53,011 nucleotides of DNA from a virus. Its lineage: Duplodnaviria > Caudoviricetes. Under the pieces are notes generated by a model that made no database searches, was not told where the DNA came from, and saw only the letters and a program-made list of their open reading frames with translations. Positions 17,348-26,611 of the stretch are shown here, piece after piece (the stretch's first letter is position 1; every line of letters starts with the position of its first letter). Position numbers and translations under genes: made by a program. The DNA is taken from the IMG/VR virus record IMGVR_UViG_3300011994_000001, positions 1-53,011 of that record; one strand, given 5' to 3'.

Positions 17348-19669
17348 ATGAAATCTCCGATAACTGTACTCAAGCCCGAGTATTCATACCTGAAGATGAC
17401 TCCTAACAATTCGATAAAGAATATTCATACGGACAAGATCGCTCTAGCAATAGGTTCTCTTCAAACGTCCTTCGCGGTAAGGATAACAGCGGGTTTTGCC
17501 CCGCCTTTTCTTTTCAAGCTTATTCCTTATCGTTGGTCTATTTCTGTTCCTGCTAAGACATCTTTCTATGTGTACCTCCATAACCAATCTGCTGAGTTCT
17601 ACTTCGTTGTTCCTACCCTCTCACTATCGATTATCAAAGAGAAGATCAGGTCTGTATGGCCCACGGTAACAATGTCTATTGTAGATCGTCTTCCGCTCCT
17701 CCCCGATGATTCTACCAAGTATTCTTTGTTATATACCCAAGAGGACGCCTTGTCTTTAGCGTCAAAGCGATCTGATAACGATTTGATAAACTCCTCATTG
17801 AATACTATCTCCTCGCTGGAAGAAGACGATGAGGCGGGAATATTCTACAACTTTATACCGACGTCTCAGAAAGGGTGGAGGGCTAACTATAAGAATACAA
17901 TAAGTAAGATTAAACAGAACCAGCCTACAGACAAGGAGAAGTTTAACCTATCAGACTTTAGGACTTATCTGTATATACTCAGGGTTCTATCATCCATACT
18001 ACAGTCTATATCAAACGATATATCAAACATATCTGCTTATAAAGTTACCAAGACAGCTACCAATTATGACGCTTATCCCCAGAAACTTAATGTATCCGAG
18101 GATACCCGCAAGAAGAACAACCAACACGTAGTTGATACTCAGATAGTTGTTATGTCCAAGTCCTCCTCACCGCTACGTCAACATAACAATGCTAAGTCAC
18201 TGGCTCAGAGCTTTTTGGTACTTAGTGAACCTGAGGGTGGAAACTCCCTTAGATACAAGAGATATCGCAAAAGTTTCAAACCGCTCGCATATTCTCTACC
18301 CGTCGAACGTAACAAGATGTCTACCTCTGAGTGTCAGAGCTTTATATCGTTACCAGGGAGAGAGCTGCTAGAGAGATTCCCTCATATACAGAAAACTGAT
18401 ACTCAAGAAACCCTAGTGCCTATTGACCTACGTCAAGGAGTTATGTGCATAGGTAAGAACAAGTACAGGGGTAGCGAACAAAAGGCGTACTTATCTACAG
18501 ATCAAGAGTACCAGCAGTTAACCCTGGTAGTTGTAGGACCTACCCGAGCGGGTAAAACTACGTTGATTGGATCTCTTGCACAGGACGCTATAAATAATCA
18601 AGAGTGCGTTATTATGTTTGACTTCGTTGAGAACTGCGAATCGTCCTCCGAGGTAGCCCAAAAGTTTACAAAAGACAAAACGCTAGTCATATCCTGTGCC
18701 GATATCGAGTGCCTGCAGGGGCTAGGTTATAATGAATCTGCTTCCGTTAGTAGTAACCCCCTAGATGTGTATATAACCGCTAAGAGACAGACTACGCAGC
18801 TTCTGGCATTAATTAATTCTATTAATACGGAGGATAAAGTACTGCCTCCTAAAATGGAGCGGTATCTTACCTGTGCGTCATTGATAACTTTCTGCCAAAA
18901 TGGCAGTATCAAGGATGTATTTGACGTATTGACTAATCACCTCGTAAGAGCGAGATACGTCAGACATAATAGCTCCGATCAAAAAGAGAACCTGGAGGAA
19001 TACGTTATGGGTCTTAGAGAGCTTGACGAAGTAGATAAGACTGGAGAGGTAACAGGAACCAAGTTCAGTGCTATAGCGGGCGTAATGGATAGACTTCAAA
19101 AGTTAAAGAGCAACCCTTATATGGAGCTTATGCTAAAGAAAGATACCCAGGGTAACCTAAACTTAATCGAGGAGATACAGAAGCCCCAGTTGATCGTATT
19201 ACAAATGCCCGAGAAGATGTTTGGGACAGATGAGGAACGAGACACGTACTGTATATATTGGATGACTAAGATATGGCTTGCCTTACAGTTACGAGCCGAT
19301 ATACTCAAGGATAAATCAACCCGTACCAAAGTCAATCTTTTTATCGATGAGCTGTATCAAGTACATCATACAGAGGAGTTTCTCAAAGAAAAGTTGTCCA
19401 GACTTGCTAAATTCCGCTTGAAACCAATTATCTCCTGCCACTATCTTAATCAAATCAAGATTATTCGCGACGAACTCCGATCTGCTAATGCGTCCTACAT
19501 GCTGATATCGGGTTGCGATAAGAAGAACTTCCAGGAATTAAAGGAGGAGCTGTACCCATTTGATACAGAGGATTTATTGTCGTTACCAAGATTTCATAGC
19601 ATGAACCTAATCAAGTCAAAAGGCGGGTACGAGCGGTTTATCACGGATTTGACGAATATTGGAAAATAA
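17348..19669 (+). CDS. FtsK/HerA-superfamily (VirB4/VirD4-like) ATPase
   Basis: GPTRAGKT Walker A, LFIDE Walker B, LAKFRLKPIISCHYLNQI. Confidence 0.75.
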   Translation: MKSPITVLKPEYSYLKMTPNNSIKNIHTDKIALAIGSLQTSFAVRITAGFAPPFLFKLIPYRWSISVPAKTSFYVYLHNQSAEFYFVVPTLSLSIIKEKIRSVWPTVTMSIVDRLPLLPDDSTKYSLLYTQEDALSLASKRSDNDLINSSLNTISSLEEDDEAGIFYNFIPTSQKGWRANYKNTISKIKQNQPTDKEKFNLSDFRTYLYILRVLSSILQSISNDISNISAYKVTKTATNYDAYPQKLNVSEDTRKKNNQHVVDTQIVVMSKSSSPLRQHNNAKSLAQSFLVLSEPEGGNSLRYKRYRKSFKPLAYSLPVERNKMSTSECQSFISLPGRELLERFPHIQKTDTQETLVPIDLRQGVMCIGKNKYRGSEQKAYLSTDQEYQQLTLVVVGPTRAGKTTLIGSLAQDAINNQECVIMFDFVENCESSSEVAQKFTKDKTLVISCADIECLQGLGYNESASVSSNPLDVYITAKRQTTQLLALINSINTEDKVLPPKMERYLTCASLITFCQNGSIKDVFDVLTNHLVRARYVRHNSSDQKENLEEYVMGLRELDEVDKTGEVTGTKFSAIAGVMDRLQKLKSNPYMELMLKKDTQGNLNLIEEIQKPQLIVLQMPEKMFGTDEERDTYCIYWMTKIWLALQLRADILKDKSTRTKVNLFIDELYQVHHTEEFLKEKLSRLAKFRLKPIISCHYLNQIKIIRDELRSANASYMLISGCDKKNFQELKEELYPFDTEDLLSLPRFHSMNLIKSKGGYERFITDLTNIGK

Positions 19670-19702
19670 TTAAAATTCTTTTGGAATTTATCAATAAAAG
19701 GC

Positions 19703-19731
19703 TTTACTTTGTATCCAAGATATAGTATGAT
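19703..19731 (+). promoter_or_regulatory. sigmaA-like promoter (TTTACT family)
   Basis: TTTACT-N17-TATGAT then AAGGTTGTA. Confidence 0.8.
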
Positions 19732-19771
19732 AAGGTTGTAGAGATAAATAAACGAGAGCGAGGAAACAAAA

Positions 19772-19942
19772 ATGAAAAAGTTTAAAGTGGGATACATGAG
19801 TAGTGGAACCAACAAGGGTCAAAGAACCGTAACCGCTAACAATGCTAACGAAGCGGAAGCACGATTGCTCCGTACTCTTAGAAAAGAAGGAAAGAATGTA
19901 TACTCAGTACTGGTTATAAGGGAAATAGTCGAGGAGCGGTAA
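19772..19942 (+). CDS. Small basic hypothetical protein (56 aa, not in ORF track)
   Basis: MKKFKVGYMSSGTNKGQRTVTANNANEAEARLLRTLRKEGKNVYSVLVIREIVEER between a promoter and a terminator. Confidence 0.7.
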   Translation: MKKFKVGYMSSGTNKGQRTVTANNANEAEARLLRTLRKEGKNVYSVLVIREIVEER

Positions 19943-19960
19943 AACGCTCCTTTTCTTTCT
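19932..19960 (+). terminator. Intrinsic terminator
   Basis: AGGAGCG-GTAAAA-CGCTCCT then T-tract. Confidence 0.8.
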
Positions 19961-20129
19961 TCCTATATAGATTCTAGCTCAGTCTCTTACTGAGCTATTT
20001 TCTATTATAGGCGTGTACCCCTTATAATCTTACCTCCGAGAGGTCTGCGGGGCTTAGAGACACCATTCTGTCGCTCATATATCGCAATCTTGACGTATTA
20101 AATATGTGAAAATAAAGGTAAAATAATCC

Positions 20130-20158
20130 TTTACTTTTCGCGGAAACAGGTATATTAT
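20130..20158 (+). promoter_or_regulatory. sigmaA-like promoter (TTTACT family)
   Basis: TTTACT-N17-TATTAT. Confidence 0.7.
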
Positions 20159-20205
20159 AAAGATGTCGAACGTATACTATTAAGTTTGGGAGGAGGAAAC
20201 AGATT

Positions 20206-20373
20206 ATGCTGATAGCGGTATTCTGCGCTATTGTAACTTACTTTTCTTATAAGGTAACTCAAGAGTATATCGAGAAAAGTAAAAAGCCCCTTGAGATTGC
20301 GGTCTCAGGAGGTATCACTGGATTTTCTCTAGCTCTGACGATTCTTCAAATTCTTCAAATCAAGATTTATTAA
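20206..20373 (+). CDS. Small two-helix membrane protein (55 aa, not in ORF track)
   Basis: GGAGGAGG RBS; MLIAVFCAIVTYFSY...GGITGFSLALTILQIL. Confidence 0.6.
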   Translation: MLIAVFCAIVTYFSYKVTQEYIEKSKKPLEIAVSGGITGFSLALTILQILQIKIY

Positions 20374-20528
20374 TTTTTTCTCTATCTATTTCAGGGTCAG
20401 ACCTCGCCTATGGTCGTTACTTTGTTCCTAAAGTAACTGTATTCCACGAAAATCGAGTTTAGAACCAAATTAGCCTTGCACCCTGATTATTCAAAAAATA
20501 AATATTTTGAACGGGGGAATCTGTATCT

Positions 20529-20792
20529 ATGATCAGCGAAGGAGATCACCTATTCTGGGACAAAGTTAGAAAGAAAGAGAACGGTTGCTGGATCTGGTTA
20601 GCGGGTTGCGGAAGTCCTAGACATTTTGGGTACTTCACTTACAACGGTAGGACTGTAAGTGCTTCCAGATTAGCTTGGGAATCCAAGAACGGTAAACTGG
20701 ATATCAAAAAGCGTCTGCGGCATAGTTGCCAAAACGCTAAATGCGTTAACCCCGACCATATGTTCGTTATAGATCGGGGGGCTAGGAAATGA
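20529..20792 (+). CDS. Truncated HNH endonuclease domain
   Basis: FWDKV...GCWIW..G...GYF...RLAW...HSCQN.KCVNPDH; ends before the usual final helix. Confidence 0.75.
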   Translation: MISEGDHLFWDKVRKKENGCWIWLAGCGSPRHFGYFTYNGRTVSASRLAWESKNGKLDIKKRLRHSCQNAKCVNPDHMFVIDRGARK

Positions 20793-21004
20793 TGCGTTCT
20801 CATAAGAACAGGGTCAAGACCTATGCTTCTCTCAAGTATCTTAACTGGAAGAAGCGCAAAGTTGTAAAGTGCTTCGATCAATCGGACTGTGACCGACCAA
20901 ATTTAAACTGCCAAGATTGCAATAACTGGCTAGAGGAAGAACGCGAATTTGTACCTCAGACAGATAGACCTGTTGTACAGGACTTTTGGGTTGGGGGAAT
21001 ATAA
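20789..21004 (+). CDS. Hypothetical Cys-rich protein
   Basis: ATGA coupling; C...C...CQDC. Confidence 0.45.
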   Translation: MMRSHKNRVKTYASLKYLNWKKRKVVKCFDQSDCDRPNLNCQDCNNWLEEEREFVPQTDRPVVQDFWVGGI

Positions 21005-21018
21005 GAGGAGGGACCTGA

Positions 21019-21528
21019 ATGTTAATATGCGCGAGGGCTTATACAGGTAAACAGCAAAGGAGTATGATACAGCCAAAGATATTTTGTAACCTATCTGGGT
21101 GCTACTGCCAGTATACCGAATGGTCAAGAGGTACCTACGACCAAGCTGAATCTTGTATAGAGTGCCCGAGATACCTTGGTGAGGAAGAGCTTGATTATGC
21201 TGATGTAGCGTTACAGAAAAAGTGCAGACTTATTATGGAGGACGCAACAAGTTTAGTAGCCTCCCTTAACAGTAATCCTACGCCAAAGATAAAGCGACCA
21301 AGCTTTAACTCAGTTATCCAAGGAAACGCCGATAACTTGAGTGCGCTCACCGGAGAGCTTATGGCGTCAAAGTCTAAACAGCGGAAAGAAGAACACACAA
21401 AGGAGAAACTTAATGTGCAAGAGTTGAGGGAAGTACAAGATGCGGAGTTGTGCAAAGGAGAGTCAAGAAACTTCTACCCAACAAGGACTACCGCCAAAAG
21501 TCGTTACGCAGAGGGCGAGTATTCATGA
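21019..21528 (+). CDS. Hypothetical protein
   Basis: GAGGAGG RBS; ATGA-coupled to the downstream kinase gene. Confidence 0.55.
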   Translation: MLICARAYTGKQQRSMIQPKIFCNLSGCYCQYTEWSRGTYDQAESCIECPRYLGEEELDYADVALQKKCRLIMEDATSLVASLNSNPTPKIKRPSFNSVIQGNADNLSALTGELMASKSKQRKEEHTKEKLNVQELREVQDAELCKGESRNFYPTRTTAKSRYAEGEYS

Positions 21529-22517
21529 AGAATAGACCTGCGGATGTTCCTTATTGCGGGGTAAGAGAGGATAAGATCAAGAACGCAAAGCCCGTATTGA
21601 ACGAGACCAACTTCAAGTACTTGTTCGATTTCATAACGCGTAGGTATCGTATCCATAAAAAGAAAGACGTCAAGAAGTTACCCGCTCCGTGGACGAAAGA
21701 CCCGATACTGCGAGACTACAAGTTCACGAATGTTCGGAGAGAACACGACAGAGAATCTTTATGGCTTATCAAGAACATAGCCGAAAATGACTATCTTAGC
21801 TACGAAGACAAGCTGATGAATATTATCCTCTTTAGGATGTTTAACAAGTCGGACACCTCCTCAATAATCGGTCTGATACAATTCTCTACGTTTGATATTA
21901 TCAAGAAGAGTATCGAGGACAGGTTGAGACGGAAAGCGGAGAATACGCCTGACTATATATTCTTTACCAACGCCTTTCTTACCTGCGGTCTCAAAGTAGC
22001 TCTTGGGAATAACCCCGAAACTACTGACGAGTTTATGCCTATGAGGGTTATCAAGTTTATCGAGGTCTTGTACAAGGACGGTATCGTGGATAAGATCAAG
22101 AAAGCTAAAGATCAAAAAGCGGTCTTTGAGGTAGTCAAGAGCTACAAGGGGTTAGGAGAGTTTCTGAGCTATCAAATATTTGTAGATTTCACTTATATCC
22201 ACGACTTCCCATTCTCAGAGAATGAGTTTACAATATCGGGTCCAGGATGTATACGAGGGCTAGACAACGTCTTTGACGATAGGGACGGGATGACTCACGA
22301 CGAATGTTTATTCTGGTTACGGGATAACTTACACATGGAGTTCTTCGATAGAGGTTACAAATATGACCCTATCAAGCTATATAGCGACCTGCCGATGAGC
22401 GACAGGAGAACAAACGTAATGTCCTTGGAGAACATTCACTGTGAGTTGAGTAAGTATATCCGAGCGAGGAACGGCACGGGCGGTCCAAGAAACCGCTATA
22501 AACCGAGAGGATTATAA
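21525..22517 (+). CDS. 5-hmdU DNA kinase, helical type (aGPT-Pplase1 family)
   Basis: RYRI.KKK....P.PWTKDPIL..YKFTNVRRE.DR, LFRMFNK, GLGEFLSYQI..D, GPGC.RGL, EN..CELSKY. Confidence 0.88.
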   Translation: MKNRPADVPYCGVREDKIKNAKPVLNETNFKYLFDFITRRYRIHKKKDVKKLPAPWTKDPILRDYKFTNVRREHDRESLWLIKNIAENDYLSYEDKLMNIILFRMFNKSDTSSIIGLIQFSTFDIIKKSIEDRLRRKAENTPDYIFFTNAFLTCGLKVALGNNPETTDEFMPMRVIKFIEVLYKDGIVDKIKKAKDQKAVFEVVKSYKGLGEFLSYQIFVDFTYIHDFPFSENEFTISGPGCIRGLDNVFDDRDGMTHDECLFWLRDNLHMEFFDRGYKYDPIKLYSDLPMSDRRTNVMSLENIHCELSKYIRARNGTGGPRNRYKPRGL

Positions 22518-22645
22518 TATGTGGATAATCGAGGATGCTATACTGTTTGTTGAAGTATTCTGTTTAACCTGGGTTGCGATTTTCTTATTATGCTGTATTA
22601 AGTAGAAGGACTGACTAAGTCAGCGATCAAGAGGAGGAGAACTAT

Positions 22646-23119
22646 ATGAAAAGGGCAAAGTCTGCTATAAGTTACCTGCGTTTGGCTAGTTTCTATGCTA
22701 AAGAGAACTCAGGATGTTTAAAAGTTAAGGTAGGAGCGGTTATTGTAAAGAACGGTAAAGTTGTTGGTCTTGGAGCTAATCAAGCTGATCTAAACTTATG
22801 TTTGAGCGATAGAGGTTGCTTGCGTATAGAGAAGTATGGCGAGTCTTCCAAAGATCACCGACTTCCTGCCGATTGCAGGGCTGTACACTCCGAGGTCGAT
22901 GCTATCAGCTCTAGCCCCGTAGACCTAGAGGGAGCGACGATATATGTGACAAGATACCCCTGCGAATCTTGCGCCCGAGCTATTATATCTGCGGGTATAT
23001 CCAGAGTAGTCTACGGAAGGGAACAAAGTATAACGCCATATACGGACAGACTATTCGACTTCAACAATATTGAGGTATCTCACATAAGGGAGTACGCTGA
23101 AGAAGATGTTGTTGTATGA
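22646..23119 (+). CDS. dCMP deaminase
   Basis: S.C.K.KVGAVIVK, HSE and YPCESC zinc motifs. Confidence 0.9.
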   Translation: MKRAKSAISYLRLASFYAKENSGCLKVKVGAVIVKNGKVVGLGANQADLNLCLSDRGCLRIEKYGESSKDHRLPADCRAVHSEVDAISSSPVDLEGATIYVTRYPCESCARAIISAGISRVVYGREQSITPYTDRLFDFNNIEVSHIREYAEEDVVV

Positions 23120-23334
23120 AGGGCGGGAGGCATATGGGGCTAAACTCTGACGAGAAAATATGTAAGGTATGTGGCAAAATGTTTATCTTATTTGACGTTG
23201 CTAATTACGCTTACAAGATAGCGAGGATAAACGGAGCTCACGATTGGTACTGCGGGTATAGCCACTTTAGAATCGGTCAAAAAGAGCATGAGGCTAGAAT
23301 CAAGAAAAGCAGAGAGAGGAAGAGCAGAGTATGA
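23116..23334 (+). CDS. Hypothetical Zn-finger protein
   Basis: CKVCGK.F...WYCGY.H. Confidence 0.55.
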   Translation: MKGGRHMGLNSDEKICKVCGKMFILFDVANYAYKIARINGAHDWYCGYSHFRIGQKEHEARIKKSRERKSRV

Positions 23335-23759
23335 AAGACGCAGAAATGAAAGATATTCTTGTAAGAGCTCAAGAGGCATATGGATTCAAAAACCAAGTAT
23401 CGGTAGCAACGGAGGAGTTATGTGAGCTTGCTTGCGTACTATCTAAGTATGTACGATACCCAGATCACGATACCGCTTCTGAGGCACTCCGAGATAAGAT
23501 ACTGGACGAAGTAGCCGATGTTAATGTAATTCTAAATCACCTGTATATCATGTTCGGGTTCTCTTATGACGAGATAGTCAAAGCAATGGAGCCCAAACTC
23601 CTCAGATTAAAACGCTGGTTGGATACCAATTCTGAGTTCGTTCAAACTACCCGAGATAGAACGGTCAGAACTTGCGATAATTGCGCGTATACTATGACGG
23701 GAGACATAACGTGCATGAGTTGCGTAGACAAGAGTAAATGGCTTCACGTAGAGGGGTAA
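23331..23759 (+). CDS. MazG-like NTP pyrophosphohydrolase
   Basis: YG..NQ..VATEEL.EL...L.K...DEVADV. Confidence 0.8.
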   Translation: MKDAEMKDILVRAQEAYGFKNQVSVATEELCELACVLSKYVRYPDHDTASEALRDKILDEVADVNVILNHLYIMFGFSYDEIVKAMEPKLLRLKRWLDTNSEFVQTTRDRTVRTCDNCAYTMTGDITCMSCVDKSKWLHVEG

Positions 23760-23763
23760 GAAT

Positions 23764-25503
23764 GTGAGCAGATTTAAGTACGCTATGATAGATATCGAAG
23801 CTACTGGGTTGAGTAGATTCAAAAACGAGATAACCTATATTGGGGCTGGTCTAGCGGAGGAGATCGGTCAGCCCCTCTCCAAGTCCTATATATTTAATAT
23901 GTTCAAACCCAAGGACGTAGCTAGGTTCAAGAAGTTCTGTACCTGGATGAGAGCTAACAAAATCAAGATCGTATGGCAAAACGGTAAGTTTGATACGCTA
24001 TTTATAGAATGGAAACTTGGCGTAGTTCTACCTATCCATCACGATGTAATGCTACTTGGTACGGCATACGATATGGCGGCAAGCCATAAATTGAAGGATA
24101 TGGGACCAACCTATCTTGGAGTACCTAATTGGGATATACCGCTCAAGGAGAAGATAAAGCCCAATAACCCTATTGTAGAAAAGTACCTAGAGAGTGACTT
24201 GAGCGTACCCTGGGAACTGTTTAACTTCTTCCACGCTAGGATAACAGATAAGCAATGGCTTATCTACAACCAACTTTTAAAGCCTGCCTACCTTATGTAC
24301 AGAAGAGTGGAACGAACAGGTATATACTTGGACCGAAAGAAACTTGCGACCGTTAAGAAAGAGTATAAGCATCAGGAGGTTACCAAGTTAGCTGAGCTTA
24401 ACAGTATTCACCCTATCAACTGGAATAGCCCAGTACAAGTATCCAAAGCCCTATTCAATCAAAACGTAGCCAACGCCCTTCCTGTATTAAAGAGGTCAGG
24501 CAAGACGGGATTGCCTTCTGCCGACGCTAAAGTTCTGAAGAGACTATCCGCTCAGGGTCACGACCTTCCTCAAAAACTATTGGACTATAAGTTCTATTAC
24601 GGAGCAAATACCAAGTTCTTGAATAAGTGGGGAATATTCGCCAGCTATGATGGAAGAATCCACCCGAGCTTTAATCTGTCGATAGCGCGAACGGGTAGAA
24701 CGAGTTGTAGTGATCCTAACCTTCAACAGGTTCCTCGTAATAAAGAACTCAGAACTATGTTTACTGCCGAAGAGGGACGGGTAATGCTAGAAGCTGACTA
24801 CTCTCAAATCGAATTGAGGATTGCGGCAGACTACTCCAACGACCCTACTATGATTAAGGTTTATCATACTCCAGGAGGAGATATCCATACCGAGACTGGA
24901 TGCAGTCTAGCGGGATGTTCTCCAGAGAATCTAAGTAAGGACGATAGATCAAAAGCCAAGCCTGTAAACTTTGGGTTCTTATTTGGAATGATGGCTAAAG
25001 GCTTTGTAGATTATGCTTACGACAACTACGGAGTAATATTCACGCTCAAAGAAGCTCAGAGGTATCGAGAGTTGTTCTTTGCTAAGTACGGTAGGCTGTT
25101 GCCCTGGCATGAAGAAATGGGCAAACTATGCGAACGCGACGGCGGGGTAGAGAACCGCTGGGGTCAATTCCGAGCCTTACCCGATATTTACAGTCGCGAT
25201 TGGGGAGAGAAGTCTGGCGCTCAGAGAAGGGCAATAAACACCCCTGTACAGAGTACCGCGTCAGGGTTACTACTATTAGCAGCTGTCGAGATCGACCATA
25301 CTCTAAGAAAGGAAATGGACCTCAAGATAGTGGGTACAGTACACGATGCTGTCCTCCTAGATATTCCAGCCGATTGCGTTAAGGATGCTACTAGAGAAGT
25401 AAAGAGGATTATGGCTCACCCTTCCGCTATGGATATATTCGGGGTAGAATTCAAAGTTCCAATTATCGCAGACGTAGGCGTAGGTGCTTGGGGCGCCAAG
25501 TAA
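23764..25503 (+). CDS. DNA polymerase, family A, with 3'-5' exonuclease
   Basis: DIEATG, NGKFD, RTGRTS..DPNLQQ, ADYSQIELR, KPVNFG, NTPVQ, VHDA. Confidence 0.96.
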   Translation: MSRFKYAMIDIEATGLSRFKNEITYIGAGLAEEIGQPLSKSYIFNMFKPKDVARFKKFCTWMRANKIKIVWQNGKFDTLFIEWKLGVVLPIHHDVMLLGTAYDMAASHKLKDMGPTYLGVPNWDIPLKEKIKPNNPIVEKYLESDLSVPWELFNFFHARITDKQWLIYNQLLKPAYLMYRRVERTGIYLDRKKLATVKKEYKHQEVTKLAELNSIHPINWNSPVQVSKALFNQNVANALPVLKRSGKTGLPSADAKVLKRLSAQGHDLPQKLLDYKFYYGANTKFLNKWGIFASYDGRIHPSFNLSIARTGRTSCSDPNLQQVPRNKELRTMFTAEEGRVMLEADYSQIELRIAADYSNDPTMIKVYHTPGGDIHTETGCSLAGCSPENLSKDDRSKAKPVNFGFLFGMMAKGFVDYAYDNYGVIFTLKEAQRYRELFFAKYGRLLPWHEEMGKLCERDGGVENRWGQFRALPDIYSRDWGEKSGAQRRAINTPVQSTASGLLLLAAVEIDHTLRKEMDLKIVGTVHDAVLLDIPADCVKDATREVKRIMAHPSAMDIFGVEFKVPIIADVGVGAWGAK

Positions 25504-25555
25504 TCAAGTTTGACGGATACTGAAAAATTATTTTTAAAAAAGTTCTATTTTTGGC

Positions 25556-25584
25556 TTTACTTTAATAGGTATATAGGTTATACT
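25556..25584 (+). promoter_or_regulatory. sigmaA-like promoter (TTTACT family)
   Basis: TTTACT-N17-TATACT. Confidence 0.75.
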
Positions 25585-25633
25585 AAGTTTAGTTAAGAAC
25601 CGCCAAGGCGGAAAACGAAGGAGATAAAATATT

Positions 25634-26134
25634 ATGAGTATTAAAGCTAAAAAAGGCGAACTGGTAGCCCTTATCGGATTTACAGGAATTTACTTATCGG
25701 ATAAAGAGGTTCACTCAGCTACCAAAACCGAGATTACCCTGCTCCACGCGGATGGACGAGAATTGACTTTTGATCGCAAAACTGGTAAGCAAACGAACTT
25801 GGTAGCTGGTAAGGAGCAATACGCTAACAAGATTATGAATCTGGACGAAGCTCCTGAGAAGCCCGTTAAGAAAGCCCGAACACCTAAAGCCAAACCTGTT
25901 AAATCCAAAAAGCCCGCCCCAGTAGTTGACGAAGAAGATGAGGATGACGAGGACGAGGACGAAGCGCCTGCTCCAAAACCTAAAAAAGGTAAAAAACCAG
26001 CTCCAGTAGTCGAAGATGACGACGATGAGGATGAAGATGAGCCAGTCGCTCCTCCGAAGAAAGCCAAGAAAGCCAAAAAGCCAGTCGAAATCGTTGAAGA
26101 TGACGACGATGACGACGATGACGACGAAGACTAA
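25634..26134 (+). CDS. Hypothetical protein with alternating Lys/Pro and Asp/Glu blocks
   Basis: Globular N-domain (GRELTFDRKTGKQTN) plus three KKP..VE-DDD repeats. Confidence 0.8.
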   Translation: MSIKAKKGELVALIGFTGIYLSDKEVHSATKTEITLLHADGRELTFDRKTGKQTNLVAGKEQYANKIMNLDEAPEKPVKKARTPKAKPVKSKKPAPVVDEEDEDDEDEDEAPAPKPKKGKKPAPVVEDDDDEDEDEPVAPPKKAKKAKKPVEIVEDDDDDDDDDED

Positions 26135-26233
26135 GCAGAGTAGCCTGGGGGTGACTACCCCCTCGTTAATGCGCCAGCTAGCCCCGTTACAAGTCGGGGA
26201 GCATAAGCCAGATTCACGAAGGCTGGCGCATTA
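26135..26233 (+). ncRNA. Candidate structured RNA with twister-like elements
   Basis: GGGGGT-GACT-ACCCCC; 12-bp TAATGCGCCAGC/GCTGGCGCATTA; CCCCG-TTACAAGT-CGGGG. Confidence 0.35.
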
Positions 26234-26251
26234 GAGGAGGAAAAAATACTT

Positions 26252-26611
26252 ATGACTAAACCAGAAAAACTCAACGAGGATACCCGAATTGATGCCTTAG
26301 ACCCCGAACAAGTTAAGCTCTCGTCAACCCAAGTTCTGGAATCTGCTCTGGAAGCTGTAAAGAGCGGAAAAATCACCCAAGTAGTTGTACTTGGACTTCA
26401 AGAAGCCCCTGACGAGGATACGATGAGTTACGCAGTAATGTCGGGTATGGCCCTAGTGAACCAAGCTAGAATATCCGCTGGATTCGCTGAAAAGGTCCAT
26501 AAAATGGTTGTTAACCAGTTTGTAGATCGTAAACTCGATTGCGACGGGGACTGCGATAACTGCGACCCTGAGGATAAAGAACGGTTACACCGCGAAGCGG
26601 GTATGCACTGA
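26252..26611 (+). CDS. Hypothetical protein
   Basis: GAGGAGG RBS; C-terminal CDGDCDNC. Confidence 0.65.
   Translation: MTKPEKLNEDTRIDALDPEQVKLSSTQVLESALEAVKSGKITQVVVLGLQEAPDEDTMSYAVMSGMALVNQARISAGFAEKVHKMVVNQFVDRKLDCDGDCDNCDPEDKERLHREAGMH

Noticed and set aside
23764-25503. Intron or intein in the polymerase (also considered for terminase and helicases)
   Set aside because: ORFs are continuous, of normal length and lack intein or LAGLIDADG motifs.
26182-26199. tRNA gene suggested by a T-arm-like hairpin
   Set aside because: No cloverleaf, D-arm or anticodon arm can be built.
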